A stretch of 64,000 nucleotides of DNA from Antedon mediterranea (Eukaryota; Animalia; Echinodermata): the NCBI RefSeq assembly GCF_964355755.1, contig NC_092672.1, forward strand, positions 16,368,001 through 16,432,000, read 5' to 3'. How positions within the stretch are numbered: position 1 is the first letter of the stretch; every line of letters begins with the position of its first letter. The notes under the pieces are model-generated. The model was not told the origin of the DNA. It made no database searches and was given only the letters and a program-made list of their open reading frames with translations. This document shows positions 20,618-32,280 of this stretch, piece by piece. A program made the position numbers and the translations under genes.

Positions 20618-23571
20618 GGGTTGGTGAAATCTGTCCATAATAGGTTACTTTTCTGTCCATAATAGGGGACTTTCTGCCCATAATAGGGACTAGAGGGCGC
20701 TGTTGTTTGTCCATAATAGGTGACTTTCAAACTTGGCTGTCCAAAATAGGTGACTTTTTGTCCACAATAGGGGATTTTATTGGAGTAGTGCGCCATCTAT
20801 TGTGTTGTCCATAATAGGTGATTTTTATGGCGTACTCGTACGTACGTAGATTATTTCGCGAGTAGAAGTAATACTAATTTGCTTTCTGTTCAGACTTCGA
20901 GGCTACCTAGGAGGCCTAATTAGTATAATTATTTAGACTAGTCCTGTTAGTTAGGCTACCTCTATAGGCCTAGTACTACTACTGTAGCCTAGTCCATTTG
21001 TTATTGTCCACTAATAATGAAATGTGAGATTTATTCAGCAACAAATAATTTAATTTGAACTTCATTTTAGGTTTTGAATGTTAGTACGGACAGACATTAC
21101 GCAACTTACCATACTATTGAAAGTTTAAATAAATCACCCAAAAAAATACCCCATAATACTCTAATATTGAAGAAGTTTTATTTTTTTAAGATAATGAAAA
21201 TCTAAAATGTTATTTTTAATGCATTGGTGTTTCAATGTAATTGTTGTATTTTTTTTCTTTGCACTTTATTTTGTTTTGTTAACAGTAATAATAAAAATCA
21301 ACTTTATCAATTTGATATTGAAAAAGACATCACAGTTCAGCACTTCATTTCGTCATTTTAGGTCCTCCCTTATTTCAAAATCCTGGATCCACATAGCTCA
21401 ATGACAAATCATCCCAGTCTGAAGTGGATCAACAGCAGCACATCTCATCCATTTATTATATTGTTGTTTAATTAAATGAATCAATTTTAATGTTTAATAA
21501 TAAGAAATACGACAATAAATCAAGTTTACATACACGCAGTGTACAATCAACACTTTTGTTCTGTATTCAGAACAGTTTATTCAACATCTAATACTGAATT
21601 ATATTAATTTTAAAAGTGTAAAAACATGGTTAAACTATAATTTAAAAAATAGCAAAGATAAATAAAATACACCATAATTATTATGTTTATTACTATAATT
21701 ATTGATCGATGATGATATGATCAAAGTTATTATGTTGAAGTGATGTGCTTTTTCATTTCAGCAGCATACTGTATATGAGCAGAATATCAAACATCTGTAT
21801 GCCTATAAAAAAAAGGAAATATTTAAATACTATGATAATGTTTAAGTATTGTATAATGCAAGTAACTTCAAAACCAATTTTCATGCTGTATGGTGGGACA
21901 CAGTTATGTTTATATATTTTATTTCATAAAAAAAAAAATGTAGGATTGTTTTACTAAATTTAAGTTTATACCAGTTGTCAGAGTCAATTATTACCATACT
22001 CACTGTATGAAAACTGATATTAAATGTTTTAAAGATAAAGGCTTTATTGAATGAATGCTTTAATAATATAACATTTAATTAAATATTTTCTGCATGAATT
22101 TGTTTTTTTTTGTGGATTTATCTATTCTTTGTACGGTGATTGTAATGTTTATAATGAATGGAAATAAAAAAGAAATATCTACTTTTAATTTCTTAGCAAT
22201 TCAAATGAATAGAACATTTCAAATCAGAATGTTAAAAATTAATTTTCATGTATTGTCAGTTTTCTACTACAGTACTGATAATATTCAGTTTGTCTCTCTG
22301 AAAATGTTTGACTAAATTGTATCCTTTTTTTTAGATTACTTTTGCAAACAAATACTTTTTCTAAATAGGCTTCTTCTTGGGATTGTATAGTATCTTGGTC
22401 ATATTGAAAAATCTCCTAAAAGCTGTAGGCCTAGTGGGTTTTTGTAAAGTATATTTCTTCAGTTGTAGGTTGGGCCTATCTGTTACTTACCCTAGTTAAT
22501 AGAAATGTCCATGCTACTGTACTATAACATTGATCAGAAGATACACTGTACACAATCTGTAATACATGCAAAAAATATGGAAAAACAATTGAGATTTAAA
22601 TAGATGACATAATAACATACAGTAACAATAGCTCTGGTTCTACTATACTGCCAACCTACTAACTGTCCGAACTGTCTGGATAAGACTCATTCATTCACAA
22701 AATAATAAAAAAACAAAAATGTTAATAAGTCAATCTAGCAATCTAGATGTCTGAGATTTAAAGACAAACTACCAATAGGTCTATTAGACTAGGCTAGTAG
22801 ATAGTAGCTGATTTCGGTCTTCAAAGTATAGTAGTAGCGATGTTGGCAGTGGTATTAGTAAAAGACTGTATAGTGACTAGTCCGCCAGACCTGACCTGCA
22901 GTTAGGCAGTATAGTTTTACGATTAAAATAGTATGTTAATCTGTAAAATATTCATATTAAAATAATAAAAAACCAAAAAATAGATAACTGAGGATAGGCC
23001 TTATAGTTGTTTGTAGTAGGAAACCTATCTACTTAATATGTTATTTGTATTCCTACTGTAGCAGAGGGAGGTTCCCCCTGTTGTAAGCTAAGCCTAGAAA
23101 AAAAACTCACTTTTCATTAGTGGACAATAACAAATGGACTCTAGGCCCTAGCTAGGCCTATGCTAGTAGTAGTAGGCCTGAGGTAGCCTAACTACCAGGA
23201 CTAGCCTACTAGGCCCTAGAGGCTAGAGAGACTTAAATAATTATACTAATTAGGCCTCCTACTAGGCCTAACCTAGGTAGTCTCGAAATCTGAAGATAAA
23301 GCAAATTAGTATTAACTATTACCTCTACTCGCGAAATAAACTACGAACGTACAAGTAGGCCAACAAAATCACCTATTATGGACAACACAATGGATGGCGC
23401 ACTACTCCAATAAAATCCCCTATTGTGGACAAAAAGTCACATATTTTGGACAGCCAATTATGAAAGTTACCTATTATGGACAAACAACAGCGCCCTCTAG
23501 TCCCTATTATGGACAGAAAGTCCCCTATTATGGACAGAAAGTAACCTATTATGGACAGATTTCACCAACCC
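20618..23571. mobile_element. 2.95-kb non-autonomous DNA transposon with ~410-470-bp TIRs and ~21-bp subterminal repeats
   Basis: GGGTTGGTGAAATCTGTCCATAATAGG... / ...CCTATTATGGACAGATTTCACCAACCC; repeated TGTCCATAATAGG(T/G)GACTTT motifs; interrupts a tRNA-repeat unit; no clean TSD and no transposase. Confidence 0.85.
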
Positions 23572-23717
23572 TATTGGGATCCTCGAGGAGATACTTTTAT
23601 ATATATAAATACATGAGGCAAAGAACACTAATTCTAAACCGCCCAGTGATATACTGAAATTTAATTAATTAATTTAAAACGATAAAGATGAGGAAATCTG
23701 TGAGAATGAGAAAAAGT

Positions 23718-23789
23718 CGCCCCAACCCACACTCGAACTCGGACCGCCTGCTTGATTTGCAGATGTCCTAACCATTAGACCACTGGGGC
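23718..23789 (-). tRNA. tRNA-like sequence, degenerate (loop AAATCAA, broken T stem)
   Basis: Reverse complement GCCCCAGTGGTCTAATGGTTAGGACATCTGC...GTTCGAG...TTGGGGCG followed by ACTTTTT. Confidence 0.5.
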
Positions 23790-24081
23790 TTTCATGGTAT
23801 TGTTCAAACTCGATTGGATAGCGACTCTTTAACATTCTCAGCGTGGTACGGCGGAACAGCACTATTCCTCAGTTGTACGCACGCGCACCAGAGATCAAAT
23901 TGATACGCCCTTATCTTTCAATATTTTTATTCCCGAGGCGGGATCTCTGAAGAGATACTTTTGTATAAATAAACAAATTAGGCAATGAACATTAATTCTA
24001 AACCGCCCGGTGATATACTGAAATTTAATTAATTATTTTGAAACGATATAGATGAGGAAATCTGTGAGAATGAGAAAAAGT

Positions 24082-24153
24082 CGCCCCAACCGAGACTCGA
24101 ACTCAGACCGCCTGCTTGAAATGCAGATGTCCTAACCATTAGACCACTGGGGC
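24082..24153 (-). tRNA. tRNA-Glu(TTC)-like cloverleaf, best-preserved copy
   Basis: GCCCCAG TG GTCT AATGGTTA GGAC A TCTGC ATTTCAA GCAGG CGGT CTGAG TTCGAGT CTCGG TTGGGGC G: all four stems pair (with G-U), 72 nt, then TTTTT. Confidence 0.6.
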
Positions 24154-24268
24154 TGATCTCTATATCTCCCACCGATCTCTATATCTCTCGCTGATCCCTC
24201 TCTCTCTCGATCTCTATATCTCTCGCTGATCCCTCTCTCTCTCTCTCGCTGATCCCTCTCTCTCTCTC
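24154..24268 (-). repeat. Short inverted block of the GATCAGC(GA)n satellite
   Basis: CTCTCGCTGATC units on the + strand, switching polarity at ~24269. Confidence 0.85.
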
Positions 24269-27200
24269 AGATCAGCGAGAGAGATCAGCAAGAGAGAGAG
24301 AGAGAGAGATCAGCAAGAGTGAGAGAGAGAGAGAGAGAGAGAGATCAGCGAGAGAGAGATAAGCGAGAGAGAGAGATCAGCGAGAAAGAGATCAGAAACA
24401 GAAATCAGTGAGAGAGAAAGAGAGATCTGCGAGAGAAAGGTCAGCGAGAGAGAGATCAGTAAGAAAGAGAGACAGATAAGAAAGGGAGAGAGAGATTAGC
24501 GAGTGAGAGGTCAACGAGAGAGAGAGATGAGGAGAGATCAGCGAGAGAGAGATCAGCGAGAGAGAGATAAGGGAGAGAGAGAGAGAGACAGATAAGCGAG
24601 GGAGAGAGAGAGATTAGCGAGGGGGAGGTCAGCGAGAGAGAGAGAGAGAGATCAGTAAGAGAGAGAGACAGATAAGAGAGGGAGAGAGAGATTAGCGAGA
24701 GGGAGGTCAACGAGAGAGAGAGAGAGATGGGGAGAAATCAGCGAGAGAGAGAGAGAGATCAGTGTGAGAGATCAGTGAGAGAGAGAGAGAGAGCGATCAG
24801 CGAGAAAGAGATCAGCGAGAAAAATATCAGCGAGAGAGAGAGAAATAGATCAGCGAGAGAGAGATAGATCAGCGAGAGAGAGAGAGAGATAGATAGATCA
24901 ACGAGAGAGAGATAGATCAGCGAGAAAGAGATAGATCAGCGAGAGAGAGAGATAGATCAGCGAGAGAGAGATTGATCAGCGAGAGAGAGATAGATCAGCG
25001 AGAGAGAGAGATAGATCAGCGAGAGAGAGATAGATCAGCGAGAGAGAGATAGATCAGCGAGAGAGAAGTAGATCAGCGAGAGAGAGATAGATAGATCAGC
25101 GAGAGAGACAGCGATAGATCAGCGAGAGAGCGATAGATGAATCAGCGAGAGAGACAGAGATAGATCAGCGAGAGAGAGATAGATCAGCGAGAGAGAGATA
25201 GATCAGCGAGAGAGAGATAGATCAGCGAGAGAGAGATAGATCAGCGAGAGAGAGATAGATCAGCGAGAGAGAGAGATAGATCAGCGAGAGAGAGAGATAG
25301 ATCAGCGAGAGAGAGATAGATCAGCGAGAGAGAGATAGATCAGTGAGAGAGAGAGATAGATCAGCGAGAGAGATAGATCAGCGAGAGAGAGATAGATCAG
25401 CGAGAGAGAGATAGATCAGCGAGAGAGAGATAGATCAGCGAGAGAGAGATAGATCAGCGAGAGAGATAGATCAGCGACAGAGAGATAGATCAGCGAGAGA
25501 GAGAGAGATATATAGGCGAGAGAGAGATATATCAGCGAGAGAGAGATAGATCAGCGAGAGAGATAGATCAGCGAGAGAGATAGATCAGCGTGAAAGAGAT
25601 AGATCAGCGAGAGAGAGATAGATCAGCGAGAGAGAGATAGATCAGCGAGAGAGATAGATAGATTAGCGAGAGAGATAGATCAGCGAGGGAGAGATAGATC
25701 AGCGAGAGAGAGATAGATCAGCGAGAGAGAGATAGATCAGCGAGAAAGAGATAGATCAGCGAGAGAGAGATAGATCAGCGAGAGAGAGATAGATCAGCAA
25801 GAGAGAGATAGATCAGCGGGAGAGAGATAGATCAGCTCGAGAGAGATAGATCAGCGAGAGAGAGAGAGATAGATCAGCGAGAGATAGATAGATCAGCGAG
25901 AGAGATAGATCAGCGAGAGAGATAGATCAGGGAGAGAGAGATAGATCAGCGAGAGAGAGATAGATCAGCGAGAGAGAGAGATAGATCAGCGAGAGAGATA
26001 GATCAGCGAGAGAGAGAGATAGATCAGCGAGAGAGAGAGATAGATCAGCGAGAGAGATAGATCAGCGAGAGAGATAGATCAGCGAGAGAGAGATAGATCA
26101 GCGAGAGAGAAATAGATCAGCGAGAGAGAGATAGATCAGCGAGAGAGAGATATATCAGCGAGAGAGAGATAGATCAGCGAGAGAGAGATAGATCAGCTTG
26201 AGAGAGATAGATCAGCCAGAGAGAGATAGATAGATCAGCGAGAGAGATAGAGAGAGATAGATCAGCGAGAGAGAGATAGATCAGCGAGAGAGAGAGATAG
26301 ATCAGCGAGAGAGAGATAGATCAGCGAGAGAGAGATAGATCAGCGTGAGAGAGATAGATCAGCGAGAGAGAGATAGATCAGGGAGACAGAGATAGATCAG
26401 CGAGAGAGAGATAGATCAGCGAGAGAGAGATTGATCAGCGAGAGAGAGATAGATCAGCGAGAGAGAGATTGATCAGCGAGAGAGAGATTGATCAGCGAGA
26501 GAGAGATAGATCAGCGCGAGAGAGATAGATCAGCGAGAGAGAGATAGATCAGCGAGAGAGAGATAGATCAGCGAGAGGGAGATAGATCAGCGAGAGAGAG
26601 ATAAATCAGCGAGAGAGAGAGATAGATCAGCGAGAGAGAGATAGATCAGCGAGAGAGATAGAGAGATAGCTAGATCAGCGACAGAGAGATAGATAGATCA
26701 GCGAGAGAGATAGATAGATCAGCGAGAGAGAGAGAGAGATAGATAGATCAGCGAGAGAGAGATAGATAGATAAGTGAGAGAGAGAGATAGATAGATCAGC
26801 CAGAGAGAGATAGATAGATCAGCGAGAGAGATAGAGATAGATAGATCAGCGACAGAGAGATAGATAGATCAGCGAGAGAGAGATAGATAGATCAGCGAGA
26901 GAGAGATAGATAGATCAGCGAGAGAGAGATAGATAGATCAGCGAGAGAGATAGATAGAACAGCGAGAGAGATAGATAGATCAGCGACAGAGAGATAGATA
27001 GATCAGCGAGAGAGAGATAGATAGATCAGCGAGAGAGATAGATAGATCAGCGAGAGGGAGAGAGATATATCAGCTAGAGAGAGAGAGATAGATCAGCGAG
27101 AGAGAGATAGATAGATCAGCGAGAGAGAGAGAGAGATAGATAGGCCAGAGAGAGAGATAGATAGATCAGCGAGAGAGAGAGAGAGATAGATCAGCGAGAG

Positions 27201-30200
27201 AGAGATAAATAGATCAGCGAGAGAGAGAGGGAGATAGATCAGCGAGAGAGAGAGATAGATAGATCAGCGAGAGAGAGATAGATAGATCAGCGAGAGAGAG
27301 AGATAGATCAGCCAGAGAGAGATAGATAGATAGATAAGCGAGAGAGAGAGAGATAGATCAGCCAGAGAGAGATAGATAGATCAGCGAGAGAGAAAGAGAG
27401 AGATAGATCAGCGAGAGAGATAGATTAGCGAGAGAGAGAGATGGATCAACGAGAGAGAGATAGATCAGCAAGAAAGAGATAGATCAGCGAGAGAGAGATT
27501 GATCAGCGAGAGAGAGATAGATCAGCGAGAGAGAGAGATAGATCAGCGAGAGAGAGATAGATCAGCGAGAGAGAGAGATAGATCAGCGAGAGAGAGGTAG
27601 ATCAGCGAGAGAGAGATAGATAGATCAGCGAGAGAGACAGCGATAGATCAGCGAGAGAGAGATAGATAGATCAGCGAGAGAGACAGAAATAGATCAGCGA
27701 GAGAGAGAGATAGATCAGCGAGAGAGAGATAGATCGAGGAGAGAGAGATAGATCAGCGAGAGAGAGATAGATCAGCGAGAGAGAGATAGATCAGCGAGAG
27801 AGAGATAGATCAGCGAGAGAGAGATAGATCAGCGAGAGAGAGAGAAAGATCAGCGAGAGAGAGATAGATCAGCGAGAGAGATAGATCAGCGAGAGAGATA
27901 GATCAGCGAGAGAGAGATAGATCAGCGAGAGAGAGAGATAGATAAGCGAGAGAGAGAGATAGATCAGCGAGAGAGAGATATATCAGCGAGAGAGAGATAG
28001 ATCAGCGAGAGAGAGATAGATCAGCGAGAGAGATAGATCAGCGAGAGAGAGAGATAGATCAGCGAGAGAGAGAGATAGGTCAGCGAGAGAGAGATAGATC
28101 AGCGAGAGAGAGAGATAGATCAGCGAGAGAGATAGATCAGCGAGAGAGAGATAGATCAGCGAGAGAGATATAGATCAGCGAGAGAGAAATAGATCAGCGA
28201 GAGAGAGATAGATCAGCGAGAGAGAGATACATCAGCGAGAGAGATAGATCAGCGACAGAGATAGATCAGCGAGAGAGATATAGATCAGCGAGAGAGATAG
28301 ATCAGTGAGAGATAGATAGATCAGCGAAAGAGAGAGATAGTTAGATCAGCGAGAGAGAGAGAGAGATAGATCAGCGAGAGAGAGATAGATAGATCAGCGA
28401 GAAAGAGAGATATAGATCAGAGAAAGAGAGAGAGAGGTAGATCAGAGAGAGAGATAGATCAGCGAGAGAGAGATAGATCATTGAGAGAGAGATAGTTCAA
28501 TGAGAGAGAGATAGATCAGCGAGAAAGAGATAGATCAGCGAGAGAGAGATAGATCAGCGAGAGAGAGATAGATCAGCAAGAGAGAGAGATAGATCAGCGA
28601 GAGAGAGATAGATCAGCGAGAGAGAGATAGATCAGCGAGAGAGAGATAGATCAGCGAGAGAGAGATAGATCAGCGAGAGAGAGAGATAGATCAGCGAGAG
28701 AGAGATAGATCAGCGAGAGAGAGATAGATCAGCGAGAGAGAGATAGATCAGCGAGAGAGAGAGATCAGCGAGAGAGAGATAGATCAGCGAGAGAGAGATA
28801 GATCAGCGGGAGAGAGATAGATCAGCGAGAGAGAGATAGATGAGCGAGAGAGAGATAGATATATCAGCGAGAGATAGATAGATCAGCGAGAGAGAGATAG
28901 ATAGATCAGCGAGAGAGAGATAGATCAGCGAGAGAGAGATAGATAGATCAGCGAGAGAGAGATAGATCAGCGAGAGAGAGATAGATAGATCAGCGAGAGA
29001 AAGATAGATCAGCGAGAGAGAGAGAGATAGATCAGCAAGAGAGAGATAGATCAGCGAGAGATATAGATAGATCAGCGAGAGAGAGATAGATAGATCAGCG
29101 AGAGAGAGATAGATAGATCAGCGAGAGAGAGATAGATCAGCGAGAGATAGATAGATCAGCCAGAGAGAGATAGATCAGCGAGAGAGGGATAGATCAGCGA
29201 GAGAGATAGATCAGGAGAGAGAGAGATAGATCAGCGAGAGAGATATAGATCAGCGAGAGAGAGATAGATCAGCGAGAGATAGATAGATCAGCGAGAGAGA
29301 GATAGATAGATCAGTGAGAGTGAGATAGATAGATCAGCGAAAGAGAGATAGATCAGCGAGAGAGAGAGATAGTTAGATCAGCGAGAGAGAGAGAGATAGA
29401 TATGCTAGAGAGAGAGAGATCAGCGAGAGAGAGATAGATAGATCAGCGAGAGAGAGAGATAGTTAGATCAGCGAGAGAGAGAGAGATAAATCAGCGAGAG
29501 AGAGATAGATAGATCAGCGAGAGAGAGAGAGAGAGAGATAGATCAGAGAGAGAGAGATAGATCAGAGAGAGAGAGAGAGATAGTTCAGCGAGAGAGAGAT
29601 AGATCAGCGAGAGAGAGATAGATGAGTGAGAGAGAGATAGATCAGCGAGAGAGAGATTGATCAGTGAGAGAGAGATAGATCAGCGGGAGAGATAGATCAG
29701 AGGGAGAGAGATAGATCAGCGAGAGAGAGATAGATAAGCGCAAGAGAGATAGATCAGCGAGAGAGAGATAGATCAGCGAGAGAGAGATAGATCAGCGAGA
29801 GAGAGATAGATCAGCGAGAGAGAGATAAATCAGCGAGAGAGAGATAGATCAGCGAGAGAGAGATAGATCAGCGAGAGAGATAGAGAGATAGATAGATCAG
29901 CGACTGAGAGATAGATAGATCAGCGAGAGAGAGATAGATAGATAGATCAGCGAGAGAGAGATAGATAGATCAGCGAGAGAGAGATAGATAGATCAGCGAG
30001 AGAGAGATAGATCAGCGAGAGAGAGATAGATAGATCAGCGAGAGAGAGATAGATCAGCGAGAGAGAGATAGATAGATCAGCGAGAGAAAGATAGATCAGC
30101 GAGAGAGAGAGAGATAGATCAGCAAGAGAGAGATAGATCAGCGAGAGATATAGATAGATCAGCTAGAGAGAGATAGATAGATCAGCGAGAGAGAGATAGA

Positions 30201-32280
30201 AAGATCAGCGAGAGAGAGATAGATCAGCGAGAGATAGATAGATCAGCCAGAGAGAGATAGATCAGCGAGAGAGGGATAGATCAGCGAGAGAGATAGATCA
30301 GCGAGAGAGAGAGAGATAGATCAGCGAGAGAGATATAGATCAGCGAGAGAGAGATAGATCAGCGAGAGATAGATAGATCAGCGAGAGAGAGATAGATAGA
30401 TCAGCGAGAGTGAGATAGATAGATCAGCGAAAGAGAGATAGATCAGCGAGAGAGAGATAGTTAGATCAGCGAGAGATCAACGAGAGAGAGATAGATCAGC
30501 GAGAGAGATATAGATCAGTGAGAGAGAGATAGATCAGCGAGAGATAGATAGATAGATCAGCGAGAGAGAGATAGATAGATCAACGAGAGAGAGATAGATA
30601 GATCAGCGAGAGAGAGAGATAGATAGATCAGCGAGAGAGAGAGATAGATAGATCAGCTAGAGAGAGAGAGATAGAGATCAGCGAGAGAGAGAGAGATAGA
30701 TCAGCGAGAGAGAGATAGATAAGCGAGAGAGAGATAGATCAGCGAGAGAGAGATATATCAGCGAGAGAGAGATAGATCAGCGAGAGAGAGATAGATCAGC
30801 GAGAGAGATAGATCAGCGAGAGAGAGAGATAGATCAGCGAGAGAGAGAGATAGGTCAGCGAGAGAGAGATAGATCAGCGAGAGAGAGAGATAGATCAGCG
30901 AGAGAGATAGATCAGCGAGAGAGAGATAGATCAGCGAGAGAGATATAGATCAGCGAGAGAGAAATAGATCAGCGAGAGAGAGATAGATCAGCGAGAGAGA
31001 GATACATCAGCGAGAGAGATAGATCAGCGAGAGAGATAGATCAGCGAGAGAGATATAGATCAGCGAGAGAGATAGATCAGCGAGAGATAGATAGATCAGC
31101 GAAAGAGAGAGATAGTTAGATCAGCGAGAGAGAGAGAGAGATAGATCAGCGAGAGAGAGATAGATAGATCAGCGAGAAAGAGAGATATAGATCAGAGAGA
31201 GAGAGAGAGAGAGGTAGATCAGAGAGAGAGATAGATCAGCGAGAGAGAGATAGATCATTGAGAGAGAGATAGATCAATGAGAGAGAGATAGATCAGCGAG
31301 AGAGAGATAGATCAGCGAGAGAGAGATAGATCAGCGAGAGAGAGATAGATCAGCAAGAGAGAGAGATAGATCAGCGAGAGAGAGATAGATCAGCGAGAGA
31401 GAAATAGATCAGCGAGAGAGAGATAGATCAGTGAAAGAGAGATAGATCAGCGAGAGAGAGAGATAGATCAGCGAGAGAGAGATAGATCAGCGAGAGAGAG
31501 ATAGATCAGCGAGAGAGAGATAGATCAGCGAGAGAGAGAGATCAGCGAGAGAGAGATAGATCAGCGAGAGAGAGATAGATCAGCGGGAGAGAGATAGATC
31601 AGCGAGAGAGAGATAGTCGAGCGAGAGAGAGATAGATATATCAGCGAGAGATAGATAGATCAGCGAGAGAGAGATAGATAGATCAGCGAGAGAGAGATAG
31701 ATCAGCGAGAGAGAGATAGATAGATCAGCGAGAGAGAGATAGATCAGCGAGAGAGAGATAGATAGATCAGCGAGAGAAAGATAGATCAGCGAGAAAGAGA
31801 GAGATAGATCAGCAAGAGAGAGATAGATCAGCGAGAGATATAGATAGATCAGCGAGAGAGAGATAGATAGATCAGCGAGAGAGAGATAGATAGATCAGCG
31901 AGAGAGAGATAGATCAGCGAGAGATAGATAGATCAGCCAGAGAGAGATAGATCAGCGAGAGAGGGATAGATCAGCGAGAGAGATAGATCAGCGAGAGAGA
32001 GAGAGATAGATCAGCGAGAGAGATATAGATCAGCGAGAGAGAGATAGATCAGCGAGAGATAGATAGATCAGCAAGAGAGAGATAGATAGATCAGTGAGAG
32101 TGAGATAGATAGATCAGCGAAAGAGAGATAGATCAGCGAGAGAGAGATAGTTAGATCAGCGAGAGAGAGAGAGATAGATATGATAGAGAGAGAGAGAGAT
32201 CAGCGAGAGAGAGATAGATAGATCAGCGAGAGAGAGATAGTTAGATCAGCGAGAGAGAGAGAGAGATAAATCAGCGAGAG
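24269..32280 (+). repeat. ~19-bp satellite GATCAGCGAGAGAGAGATA, left part
   Basis: Continuous GATCAGC(GA)n(TAGA)0-2TA units; more diverged in 24269-24860. Confidence 0.98.

Noticed and set aside
23055-23090. Possible third stub footprint (CAGAGGGAGGTTCCCCCTG)
   Set aside because: Arms and flanking duplication are too degenerate to support
20575-23657. Twin ORFs MAHYSNKIPYCGQKVTY... (20575-20796 minus, 23394-23657 plus)
   Set aside because: Mirror translations of the TIR's 21-bp repeats, not genes
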